In this document: one piece after another, positions 14,341 through 27,200 of the stretch
Position numbering within the stretch: position 1 is the stretch's first letter
How the letters are laid out: each line of letters begins with the position of its first letter
NCBI RefSeq assembly: GCF_026571515.1
Contig: NW_026860085.1
Coordinates: forward strand, 124,001-188,000
Source: Ruditapes philippinarum
Lineage: Eukaryota
Direction of reading: 5' to 3'
Length of the DNA stretch: 64,000 bases
Notes under the pieces: generated by a model
What the model saw: the letters and a program-made list of their open reading frames with translations, nothing else
Told to the model about the DNA's origin: nothing
Databases searched by the model: none
Made by a program: the position numbers and the translations under genes

Positions 14341-17300
14341 TTATGTGTAAGAGATTTCTTTATGTACTGCATTAGGAACCTTCACTGGGTAACCAACATA
14401 TGATCTCTTGCCTATACACTCTCCAACGAAAAACCATAATATCACCTCAAACATTACAACTGTGTTTAGTGTTGCTTGCTGAAAATAAAAAAACATATAT
14501 ACATGTTTGTTTGTTTTGGGTTTTTACGTCACATCGACACAGTATAGGTCATATCACGACGTTCCAGCTTTACTGGTGGAGGAAGACCTCAGGTGCCCTT
14601 CCGTGCATTATTTCAGACACGAACGGGCACCTGTGTAGAACCACCGACGTTCCGTAAGCTAGCTGGATGGCTTCCTCACATGAAAGAATCCAAAGTCCCT
14701 GTTGGGATTTGAACCCACAGTGTTGAGGGGCAAGTGGTTTGAAGTAAACAACCTTAACTGCTCAGCCACGGACGCCCCTCTAAGTACATGTATAACAGTA
14801 TTTAAACTACTTTAAATATAGTAATTTAACATGCATGAACTCTTTAAAGTCACCTTAGAAACATTTAAGTTATATATCATAATCTCATCTGGATATGAAT
14901 TATTCTAGATGTGTCCCATTTTGTAGTCTGAGCAACTAAATTTCACCTTAAATTAAAATGATAATAAGATAAATATTTATGCAATAATAAATCAACATAC
15001 AATACTGTGAGGTCTTTCCACCTCCTTTTTTTGCCTTTCCAATCAAACTTGCAAACTCCCCAAATGCCTTTCAACTTCAGCAGGTGTTGGGGGTGCCAGT
15101 TCTACAACAGCATATTTCTTTACAATTGGCCACTTCTTTCCCATATAGTTTGAAGTCCCTGTTAAAAAAATTATAGGTTTTTTATTTGCAAATATAATGT
15201 ACATTTGTGTAATATTCAGAGTAATAACAGGTTTAGAGTTTTTCTATTAAGGGTAACATATGGAGTTTAGATAAAAACAATATTATTCAATTGAAATATT
15301 TTCTCTAAAACACTAAACACGCTGTAAGTATCTTTTTGTATGTGTGAATCTGCATGCAAGAAATAACTTAAGTACATCTGATTCTGAACTTCAGTCAGAC
15401 TGTCAGATTGTAAATTAATCCTTTTTCTACAAATTCACATACTTTCATTGATCAATAAAACTTTAAAATATCCATATGAACATGGAGCTAAATATATTTT
15501 TAAATGTCTGAAAATATTTGTGACTTAACTTTTTACAGGCTGGTCAAAATGCCCGATCGGGCATATGTCAATCATAAAATATCATATTTATAGAAAAGAA
15601 ATTAAGATATTTCTTTTAATCTTTGTTTGTTTATGAGAATAATATGTGAAATAAACAGAAAGAAAAATATTTGCCTACTGTCACTTTTGTGAAAATTATT
15701 TCCTCTTTATCATGTTTTTATAACACATAATTTTTGAAGTCCTTAAAAAGTATGTTACACATGCAAAGTGTTACACAAAATAGGTTAAACTAGAAATGTG
15801 TCCATAGGACACGGGTGCCCCCACCGCACCACTGTTCTGTCAATCTTATGACTCTAGGTCGAATATTTTTTGAAAACTAAAAATCTTTTCCTAAGTAAAG
15901 GGCAAGAACTTTACAAATACTGAATAAATTCACAAGCAAACCCCAAGGTGCATAAGTACACATGCTGACCAACATTCTTGTTAACTTTCAGGCCTACAAA
16001 ATAAATACTTTTTGAGCTATGCATGAACAAGTTGAAAATTGTAAATTTATACTACTGTAAGTCAAGGGCAATAACTGAAAAAAAACTGGAAAAAATCCAC
16101 ATGCAAAGTCCCAGGTTCATAGCTTCACAGTGATGTGAATCATTATTCCTGTAATTTAGTGATGTTGATCATTATTCCTGTAAAGTTGGTTGATTCTAAC
16201 TCAAGCACTCGAGGAACAAATAACAACATAATGAAACAGTTTTTACTAAGTCAAGGGAAATAACTCTACAAATACTGGATAAATCCACAAGCAAAACCCC
16301 AGGTGCAAAACTAAATATGCTGAGCAACCTTCCCGTAAGGTTAAATGACTCTATGTCAAATCCTTTTTGAGTTACATGTGACACAAGTTGAAAATTGCAA
16401 AAAATTTCTAAGTCAAGGGCAATAACTCTAAAAATACTAAAAATATCCAGACGAAAATACCCAGGTGCACAACTACACATGCTCATCAATATTCCTGTAA
16501 AGTTTCATGACTCTATGTCAAATCCTTTTGAGTTACATGCGACACAAGTTGAAAATTGCAAAATTTTACTAAGTCAAGGGCAATAACTCTAAAAATACTA
16601 AAAATATCCAGACGAAAATACCCAGGTGCACAACTACACATGCTGATCAACATTCCTGTAAAGTTTCATGACTCTAGGTCAAATCCTTTTTGAGTTACAT
16701 GCGACACAAGTTGAAAATTGCAAAATTTTACTAAGTCAAGGACAATAACTCTAAAAATACTAAAAATATCCAGAGGAAAATACCCAGGTGCACAATTTCA
16801 CATGCTGATCAACATTCCTGTAAAGTTTCATGACTCTTGGTCAAATACTTTTTGAGTTACATGCTACACAAAAGAGAACGGACGGACGGAAGGACGGACA
16901 AGGGTAAATCTAAATGCCCGCCACTAAAGTGGGGGCACAATAACTTTTTCTTGATCTAATTCATTGCGCCAACACCTGTCAGCATACATTTCATTCAGTT
17001 TTCAGAGAAAACTTAAAAGTATAATGTTCAGTGTCAAAGAATTCAATGTCAAAATATAAATGCCAGAAACTGAATATTTAATCTAAAAAAATAGAATAAA
17101 GGTACTGGCCAATAATCTAGAGCATAATGAAGTTGTTGGAAACATTTGTATTTAGAATTTTACATAACAATATAATTTTTATGAACTTCAAATATTTTGT
17201 TTCTAGAAAATGGGGAAATGGGAAATAATTCTTAGAAAGTGTTTTGGACACTGAACCTTGCATGCCTACTCATATTACAAATGTCCCTGTCTGAGTTTGG

Positions 17301-18160
17301 AATGGTGATAAGATGAATTGGACATAGAACTTTCTAATTCTGAAAGTAAAGTTTCTATCAATTTAGACATATAACTTGTTTTAACAATGACAGGCACAAA
17401 GTTTTAGAATTAAAGATAACCAAAGTATTTTTATTTTGATTAATATCAATTATCATAATAAATCTTTACTTTATTGAGACTTGATGGTATACGGTATTTT
17501 TTTCATATATGTAAAAATTGTTTTAAAACCAGTTTTATCGTTGTAGTAGATGTAAATAATAAAATATTTTGATAGAGTGTTTACAGGGATGTATCACATT
17601 GGGGGGCAGGATCTGACCCCAAGAGTTTGTGATTCTATGTCTTAAACCTGATTGAGCTAGCATTTTTAGCTGGCACAAATGTCCCAGATATAAGACAAAA
17701 GTATTAACATGAAAATGTGAAACAACAAATGTAAGGATCAAAATACAATAAATTCATAAAAGTAATCATTACCAGTAGTAATAATATAATTATGGGCCGA
17801 GTACGTACCGGGCCGAGATGACTCGGAGCCGAGTTAACCCGGATTCCTAAAAACGACTTGGCCAGAAAATACAAGCAAAAGACACACTTTAACTTGTAGA
17901 AAGCTATTTTCAATGGCAAGTCCCTAAAACTCCCTTACTAAAGTGGTTCACATTAGGTCAAGGCGACAAATCGGTCTCCTAAAATAACTTTATCGGAATT
18001 CTTACCCCACCCACTTGTAGTACATTGACCTTGGTTGCCAATACCGCACGAGAATGCGACATTCATAAATAATGTATTGTTTTATTGTACAAAACATTAA
18101 GTAACACATACTTGACACGCCATTTGACATTCGCACAGCCATACGCCCCACAAAGGCCAT
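14341..18160 (-). CDS. ATP5MG: Mitochondrial ATP synthase subunit g (ATP5L/ATP5MG), 3 exons
   Basis: Exons 18160-18112 (MAFVGRMAVRMSNGVS), 15158-15001 (KYAVVELAPPTPAEVE...WKDLTV; needs three 1-nt homopolymer corrections), 14478-14341 (QATLNTVVMFEVILWFFVGECIGKRSYVGYPV...*). VELxPPxPxE and WFxxGExIGKR...GY are subunit-g signatures. Not in the ORF track. Confidence 0.92.
14505..14778 (-). mobile_element. tRNA-derived SINE (Meta-SINE-like), in ATP5MG intron 2
   Basis: The minus strand carries A/B-box-like head, core tgtgaggaagccatccagct...caggtgcccgttcgtg...gaaataatgcacggaagggcacctgaggtcttcctccacca and an (aaac)n tail; second copy at 30160-30430. Confidence 0.85.
15788..16940. mobile_element. 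Helentron-associated (HINE/pearl-like) element with an internal ~161-162-bp tandem array
   Basis: Begins aactagaaatgtgtcc..ggacac; about 6 units with caagttgaaaattgc recurring at 16384, 16545 and 16707; (ggac)n microsatellite; terminal hairpin; subterminal IR tgcccccac / gtgggggca. Sister copy at 52855-53992. Confidence 0.85.
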
Positions 18161-19639
18161 GTTTTAGCTATTTTGTTGCTGTGCTTGATCCACAAATTTG
18201 TTCGGCAGCACCTTTCCGGCCTTCTACGTTATCGGCGAGGTGTTCCGAATGAAATTTATAACGATTCGTCCCACCGACACTTCGCATGGTAACGACTCGG
18301 CCTATGTTCTGTTTATGCATACTTAAAGAAGTTCGTATATTAAATTGGTTTAATTTTGGAACATGATATCGGTGCCCATGATAACGAATTAAATAGGAAA
18401 AAATCGGATTAGACAAGTAATATCATCGGGAACAAGACACTTCACTCATCCCTCAAGGCACTTTATTATTTGAACTCGCGCTCAGGCACTCCATCCCTCA
18501 AATTTTGAGGACAATTCATCCCACAAGAAACTTCACGACCTAAAATCAGTAAAACGCTTCATGCATCCATCACTAATGTAAGGGAAGGACCCTAAATTTT
18601 TGTCCAACCCTTTTGTCTGTAGATTATATTTATGCTTAACATAATATGATGTTAGATGTGTAAATTTATCATGTACAAAATATACAATAAAATTGTCACA
18701 GGGTAGAATAATTAACTTCAATTCATGGCGTAGGTTCGCAAAAATGTAATGAAGATAATACGAAGAAAAAGCCTGAATATATAAATGTATTATTATAATA
18801 CAAGCTTATTAAAAATACATAAATATACAACATGCAATTGAGCGATGCAAATAATAATCAATTTTTAATTAAAGTAATGAAATGTAAATAATCTTACCAC
18901 TGCGGCTCAATGAAGAAAGAAAATAACTTAGTAATAAGATATTTCCAAACAAATTCTATTAGATAAACATAAGAATAAATAGAATTTGCAAAATAAATAC
19001 ATTCAATATATCTATACTCGTAAGAGAATAAAGATAAAGTGACATAGAGAAGGAAAGTCTGCGGGAATTGGAAGAAAGGAAATGTAGCGTATTTTAATAG
19101 ACCTGTTAAAATCGATTAATTCTTGTGAGTGATAAATTAAATATTAAATATTGATATTTCTGTCTTGGTTTTTTCTCTTTTAAATCTTAAATGAACAATA
19201 ATTTTAAAAACCAATGTAAAACTTTCTCTCAAATCTCTTTCATACGATTGGACATACAAAAACAGTTCACAAAATTGCTCGAGAGACAGACATACACGAC
19301 AATCGACGCATGCGCGGACATTAAGTATACTTTTCCCGCGTCTAAAAGACGAATAGGGCCCGGCAAAATGAACAATTAATATAATCGTGACAAAATATTG
19401 TTAAACTAAAATGTATTTTCATGTTTCTTCACCATGCTTTTCTGTGAGTAGTTCATATAGTGAAGGGAAGTGAAGTGAGTAAAAACAGGGAAATTATACT
19501 TCTGTCTTCTTTTCGGATCTGTCTCAAAGTAATGCAGGGGTTGTCACGATGGAGAAGAACAAATTAAACAGATTTATGTGTACTTATTGCAGGACTATCA
19601 ACGTTAAATAGCCAGATCATGAGAAAATGAACGAAATTA

Positions 19640-20230
19640 AGACATTTCTACCCTAAATTTTGGTTCAACGATAAAATCTAAATAATTTTCAAATTCAAAT
19701 GAATGTTTAAATAAAGAATATGTATATAATCTAAACGAGTTATCAATTGGAGAATACCAACTTTGATAGAATATGACTAAAATTCGTTGTTTAATAATAC
19801 TAAATCTAAATGCACAGTAAACTGATTTTCCCACATAAAAAAACAAGCAGTCTGCCCTAAATTAAAATAGTCTTAATAGTATATGCCCATTCTATGTTTG
19901 GACCGACATGATGTCCCCACATATCTGCAGCATAATTTAATGTTGGTAAAACAAGCTATCAAATAAGCTTATCATTTGGGAATCTGGAAATTTCAACTGG
20001 TTACATACAATAAATAAACTATGTAACGAATAAGACGCATGTTGCGCACTATATCTTTCAGTGCTGTTCTAGTCTCCATTTCTAAAAAGATTCACACCTA
20101 AATATTTAAAAGATTCTACAATTTCAATTCTAGTGTTATACAAAAAAAAAACAACATAAGATGTATGTCTACCATTTTCAAAAATCATAACTTTTGCTTT
20201 AGACACTTTTAATTTCAGATTCCACATTTC
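19640..20230 (-). mobile_element. Degenerate LINE fragment (L2/CR1 group, post-RT region)
   Basis: WNLKLKVSKAKVMIF...IEIVESFKYLGV and a downstream NYAADMWG motif, with stops and frameshifts. Confidence 0.75.
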
Positions 20231-20339
20231 TTCTATTTGGCCCTTTTCAACTTGGGTGGTTCCACTATTCCTACTTAAATACTGTATAATCACCCTTAAG
20301 ATATGTTGTCTGCTTTATAAATTTGTCTTTTGACGTCTT

Positions 20340-20705
20340 GTCTGTGATATACAGGTTTCAGAACCCCAGATCCCCTTTCAAAATTCCATTTTATTTAGTT
20401 CCGCCGATTGTTTTCTGTTTAAGACACACGCATTCTTTTATTTGGGGACCATACGCCGCTTTACATGGAATTGAACTACTGTGTCACAGTGAAGTTTCCA
20501 AGATAACCACCGTATGAACACATCTGCGGATGTTTCTAAATCCAAAATTTCATTATTTTCGTGTTTAAATGTTGAATTTTGCTTAAGCCGGTGCTAGGAG
20601 GTATGGACGGTGACTTGCGCTTCTCAGTACCGTCCATGAACAGGCTTAATCAAACTGACCCTGCAACATTTTCAAAATTGCCGTGCCGGGTATTCTTTAG
20701 GGATT
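20340..20705. repeat. Unclassified dispersed repeat, copy 2
   Basis: Homologous to 1-231 over ~20463-20700; the left boundary is a guess. Confidence 0.65.
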
Positions 20706-21286
20706 CTGTCTTTCTCTATTTTTTATCTATTATCTTAAATGCAGAAGAATACCTATTCATTAATTAAAAGATAATTTATTAAGTGGGAAACAACCACACC
20801 TTTCGTCTTTAGATTCAACATAATCAACTCTACAACTCTAAACATTATATATGATGAAAAATTTACATGTAGAGTAAAATATCAGACACATAAATATATT
20901 TTGAATTAGATCTGGGTTGTTTTTCTCTTCTTTTAGTTAGAAAATAATTATTTTTCTAATATGGATTAAATTTCTACTTATCCCAGTAAAAGTAAGGAAC
21001 TTTTTTTTCTATTTTTTATATAAATTTTTACTACCTTATTGAACACGCATTTGCGGTATATCCATGTAACAGTCAACAAAATTTAATTTGTCATTTTGTA
21101 TAGTAGGGGAAATATAAACAGGCCTTTGGGCATTTTACACATGCTACAAAAACGAGGAAATTGACTTGAAAGGTGTGTTTTATTGAAGCTCAATTATCGA
21201 TTTTGATTAATAACTTTACGATTGTTATTGTTAGACACTTTTGTATACCAGAGTATTTAACATTGGATTATAAGGAAGAAATAAAA

Positions 21287-24200
21287 ATGAAATTTAATAG
21301 AAATTGCCTATTTTGTGTAATTTTAATCTTGACAATTTCCTTCAGTGAAGCTAGACATCTTAAGGGGAAAATATCGGATGCTGCCACGAGAATATCACAA
21401 TCTTTAAATCAACAAAGTATTATGCAATCCGGAAATGATAATTCTGTATTAAAAAGGAACAGTAATTCAGTCGTCGCAATATCACAAAATGACAGAAACA
21501 ACAAAACAAAGATGTCGTCGAAACCACAGCTTGGAGAATTTAAATCAATACCAAACATACTGCATGAACACTCCGAACAGCAAGATCGCGAGACAACTTT
21601 GTTAACTAAGAAACAAAGCGATCTAACCAAGGGTGGAACGGATTCTTTTGTCTCCAGTAACATTATTCAACATGTGAACCAGCATCATCCAAACGCAAGC
21701 AAAACAATAACAAATGCTATTGCTGTAAAAGAAAGAAATGGGGATAATACAAAAAGTATTGAATTTGAATCTAATACAAGCACAAACTCTCTTCGAAATA
21801 ATGAGCATCATGATTTGCACAAAGATAATAATATCAAACCAGGAGCAAAGACTCTAGGTTCAAGTGTTCAGTCTGTTTCGGAAAACGATGCTGTAGTTGT
21901 AGCTAAAGACGATTCAAAAAATCGTCTAAGACCAACAGTTACTGTTTTTATCGAGGAGAAAAATCCGAACGGCCACACTCAAAGAGTCATTGCAAGCAGT
22001 GGAGATGGTGTCATAAAGAGTAAAACTGTGCATGTCAACGATGAAACGTTAGATTCCAATGGAAGTGAAAGAGTTTCTCCTAATGATATACTTAACACTG
22101 CTGATTCATCAAATAAATTAGAAAACAATGAGGTATCCCCTAATGTGATACTGAATAATGATGCCACAACTAACATAATAGAGCACAGTGATGTCCAAGC
22201 TGATGTAATAGGACAAAGCGATGTCCCATCGAACCATATAGAACACAGTGGTGTCCCAGTTAATGGAGTAGAACACATCGATGTCCAAGCTAATGGAGTA
22301 GAACACAGCGTATTTCCATCTAATGTTATAGAACACAGTGATGTCCCAGCTAATGAAGTAGAAAGTAACGAAGTCCCAGCTAATGTTGATGAACACAGTG
22401 ATGACCTAACTGGTGTTGATGATGTTTTAGAAAAGGAAATCAAGCATACCGATAGCTTATCTGTTGATAAAGAACACAGCGATGTCTCAGCTAATTTACT
22501 TGTTACAGGAACCAATGTAGATTCAGCTAACATTATTGAAGACGGTGAAATTTCAGCTAATGCAGTTAATATCAATAAAGTTTCATCTGATATAAAAGTA
22601 CACGATAAAGACTCGTCTAGTGATAGAGAAAATAATGAAATTTCTTCTGACAAAATAAATAACAATGAAGTCCATGCTGATCAAATGAAAACTAACGAAG
22701 TGCTGCACGAAAACACGTTAAGGGAGGAGGATACAGGACATAAAGCTATGACAAGGAATGAAGCGATAAGTGAAAATTATGATTCGAAGATAACCCCCAC
22801 AATGGCAGTTTTGGATAACGCACATGACAATAAAATGCCTTTGAAAAACATAGTGGAACCAGCAGAAGCTAATGCTGACAATCTGCACAATGTTGACACT
22901 ACAGGTACCAGTATATGTATCACTAGTTGACTTTTTCTGGCTGTATTAATAACAGTATTTTGTTTATTTTCTTATACTGTAANNNNNNNNNNNNNNNNNN
23001 NNNNNNNNNNNNNNNNNNNNNNNNNNNNNNNNNNNNNNNNNNNNNNNNNNNNNNNNNNNNNNNNNNNNNNNNNNNNNNNNNNNNNNNNNNNNNNNNNNNN
23101 NNNNNNNNNNNNNNNNNNNNNNNNNNNNNNNNNNNNNNNNNNNNNNNNNNNNNNNNNNNNNNNNNNNNNNNNNNNNNNNNNNNNNNNNNNNNNNNNNNNN
23201 NNNNNNNNNNNNNNNNNNNNNNNNNNNNNNNNNNNNNNNNNNNNNNNNNNNNNNNNNNNNNNNNNNNNNNNNNNNNNNNNNNNNNNNNNNNNNNNNNNNN
23301 NNNNNNNNNNNNNNNNNNNNNNNNNNNNNNNNNNNNNNNNNNNNNNNNNNNNNNNNNNNNNNNNNNNNNNNNNNNNNNNNNNNNNNNNNNNNNNNNNNNN
23401 NNNNNNNNNNNNGCAAATATTTTTCACAAACCATACATACATACATATATACATACATACGTACGTACATACAAACACGCACGCATGCATGCATGCACGC
23501 ACGCACGCACGCACGCACGCACATACATACATACAAAACACATGTGCTTTCTTTAATTCACAAATAATTTTCGTTATGTTTTCAGGCAACGCTGTCAGAC
23601 ATATTTCAATACCTGAAACGACAGTGATAACAACAGAATCACCAACAGTAATGGCAACAACGTGGAGTAGATCTACAAAGATGACAACTCCTACAACACC
23701 TAAAATTGTGAACAAGAACCGGCCCACAGCTGCAGCGCCTACAGTGCGAAGACCAGAGGACGTAACACCGCTTGATATTTTTACTTCTGATATAAAATAT
23801 CAGAGGTTCCCTAGGCCAATGAGTCTAACAACTTTAAAGAACAAGGTAATTGAATAATAGGCACCTCTTTATTTAGAAACAGGACCATGATCTCTCTTTA
23901 GTTTAGTTTAAACAAAATTATTCTAGCTCGATTGCAAAACAATTTCTTGCAACTTATATTAATCACTTTCGTACTGGTGGCATATGAAGAAACGTGGATG
24001 TAGCCCGAGTAGGGCTCGAACTCATGATCCCTGGGTTGAGCGGCAGACACCTTAACCACGAGGCAACCGCTCCCCTCGTGGTCTCTCTTTCGACTCTGTT
24101 CATGGTTGTAAAAACTTCATGGCACGAATGATTATATTCACTGTTTGTAAAATTTAAACAACTTTTGTAAACTCCTTACCTTCTAGAAGTGACTGCTCTC

Positions 24201-27200
24201 AGATATAATAGCGTCATGCAGGAAAGTAGATGATTCGTCCGTGGAAAAAAATAACTTATATTCTTTTTAAGCTCTAATTGCTTTTTGCATGGAAATAAAT
24301 TCCATACAATACCTTTCACAAAATGATAGATTGTATTACTTCATAATAATATATTTTCTCATGAAATGATTTTTGCTTTCAGTGTTAGTTATTGACTCAT
24401 TCATAGATGAAAGTTAGTGTTGTTATATTTTGCTGGTCATTGATTCCAGCACTTGAAAAGTGTTGAAAAGTGAGTATCGCTCATGCCAGTATTCTTATTC
24501 ATAACAAATGTCTGAATCATCTTTTTTTATTAATCATTAAAACAGGTGCTTGGTAAACCGTTAAAGAAGCTGTACATTCTGGAGGAGTCGGAGAAGAAGT
24601 TGTTCCAACACGTGCGTCAGCTGGAGGCAATATATACAATAGAGGACGGAGAACTTTATGTTTCTTTTCTGTTTCGGTAAGACATTACTCCATTACTCAG
24701 ATCGTGAATTCTTTTTATATAGTTTTTCATGTTCTACATTTTAAATTTGGTGATTTAAAGCATGTAAGGGATATCATATTGAAATGAAGAGCAACTTAAA
24801 TCATCATGATTATGATATACCATCAATCTTTCTTACGAGTATAAAGCTACAATGAAATTTGTTTTCATAAACTTTATATAATGTTGTTCCTAACGGCTGA
24901 CTCGCAACAGAGTTATCATAAAGAATTATCTCTTATTATACATACGTAAACAGAACATAATATGCTGTTATTTGAAGAAGGGATTTCAATAAGGGACTGT
25001 GGCGCCGTTATATGTCGCAACGCCGCTTAATGTCGCACTTGCCGCTAAATGTCGCACCATTGACGCTAAATGTCGCAACCGCCGCTAAATGTCGCAAAAT
25101 CATTTGCCGTTAAATGTCGCAATGTTAACGTTTAATGTCGCACGAATTTCCCTTACCGTTAAATGTCGCAACACTACCGTTAAATGTCGCAAGATGTAAA
25201 TTCGTGTTAAAATCATGTTTAAAGTAGAATTATATTACTTTTTAACATTCTCTTTGTAATTGCCATTACACAAAAATTATCTTTGTCTTACTTGCTTTTT
25301 TTAGCGAACATAAATATCGAGGTTTTAAGCTACTATATAATGTAATCTTTAGGCTAGAAAGGATAATTGATACTTAATTCTCAATAGATAAGTATTTTTC
25401 TCTCGTTCAACATTTTCATTTGTAACCCTGATTGACAACAGATTAAACTTTAAGGTATTATGGTATTGTCACTCTCAGAATTTGGTTTAAGTAATTTCAT
25501 TTATTTTCTCAGAAGCAACAGAATTTACTTTAAACGTGGTTTAGTTGTTCACTATGATCATATGATGCAATATCAAAAGGGCAGATAATCCTAGTTATAT
25601 TTTTGCAAAGTTATTCCCCTTATTTTTCTAAGATGTTTTCGCCCTGATTAACCTTTTGGTTACGGCTTATTTAAAACATATTCACTTTAAACTTGAAATA
25701 TATGAAAGTACTAATGCATTTCTAAAGGACAGATGACCCTAAAAGGTACTTTTTCTAAAATATCTCCCTTTTTATATTTTCAAAAAAGAAACATCACAAA
25801 TATTCACTTCAAACGTGAAATATTGATTGTATATCAAGGCAATTTTTTTATTTCAACAGTAACGGCAATTACGTGAAAAAACACGGTCAATACGAAAATC
25901 AAAAAAAAATATGAGCGCTGTCACGACAAAACCAACATAATGGGTTTGCGACCAGCATGGATACAGACTAGCCTGCGCATCCGCATTGTCAAACTGATAG
26001 CGAACAGCATGGGTCCTGGTCAGACTGCGCAGATGCGCAGGCTGGTCTGGATTCATGCTGATCGCAAACCCATTATGTTGGTTTTGTCGTGACACGGCTC
26101 ATATCATGTAGTACTCCTTGGTCATGTAGTATTCGATCCGCAGTCGGGTGCTAGATATGAGCGAATTTTACGATTATATGCACCGGAATTTTTGTAAGCA
26201 GCCAGCCCGCATAGAGCGCGAGACTTGTAACCTCGACCTTGTTGGTTCTATTCCCGGGCTGGCCAACTCAAATTACTGATCAGTCTTTCGGATGATACTT
26301 TATGTACCGTGTATGGGTGCTAAAACAACTTGGCACGTTAAAGAAGGGGAAGCTTCTGGAATCGGGGCATATCTTTCTATATCTGTAATTGCGCTATCCT
26401 CCAAAATATAAAATGACGTGTACTCTTCTGGAGGACTCGCCCATATGGTCAACCGGTGGGGAGTATAAATAAACGCAAATTCACACATATTGTAACGACG
26501 TTGGTAGAACGTCATATAATGAGCGATATGCGAAAACTAAAGGTGATTGATTCCCATATAGGATAGTATCCCATATATAAAGGGCATAAACCACTCTCGG
26601 TGGTGAGCTAGCTTTTCACCAACAGGGTTTGTGTGCCTTAAAAACGTTACAATATTAAGCAGATGTCAAAGTTTAAATAAGTACACAAGATTTAGTACAT
26701 TTTACGATTTGTCAAACACTATTTACGCTTTGACATTGTTGCAAGTGATATTTTACTCGCCAAATCGCTTTATCCTATGAAAGATTCTCAGTAAATACCA
26801 TATAATAAGAATACAAATAATTGATTAAGCTCATATTGGCCTTGCTGTTTGGCTGAAGACAGCTAGCCGTTTTGGCCAGAGAATTTAGGCTTTTTATATC
26901 ATTGCTTTGCTGTAATGAAAATCTTAATCTGTAACGCTTCATGATAAATATTTCATTGAAATTAAATCTGACATTTTTCGAAAAACACAAGACATGAATT
27001 ATACTCGTACATATGTAACGACGATATTGGTTAGATATCTGTAACCACTTTTATGTTCGTTCTAAAATGCACATGTCGACTACGTCATAGTGAAGTTCAA
27101 ATGACCATAAATACAAACATACGCACAATAGTGTATTTATTTTAAGATAATTTTAAGAACTTTATTTTTCAAAACAAAAACAAATGGAACAGATGTGTAA

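Noticed and set aside
16196-16586. ORFs within the 162-bp arrays (also 53399-53807)
   Set aside because: Chance frames in satellite units with no protein motifs.
21173-21286. Upstream GTG start of the 585-aa ORF
   Set aside because: Eukaryotic gene; the ATG at 21287 has good context (aaaATG) and begins the signal peptide.
22927-23727. ORFs spanning N runs (also 58742-59144)
   Set aside because: Artefacts of gaps and the adjacent microsatellite.
24998-25200. CRISPR-like array of short repeats
   Set aside because: Spacers are only a few bases, the array is mirrored at 28487-28688 as a transposon TIR, there are no cas genes, and the context is eukaryotic.
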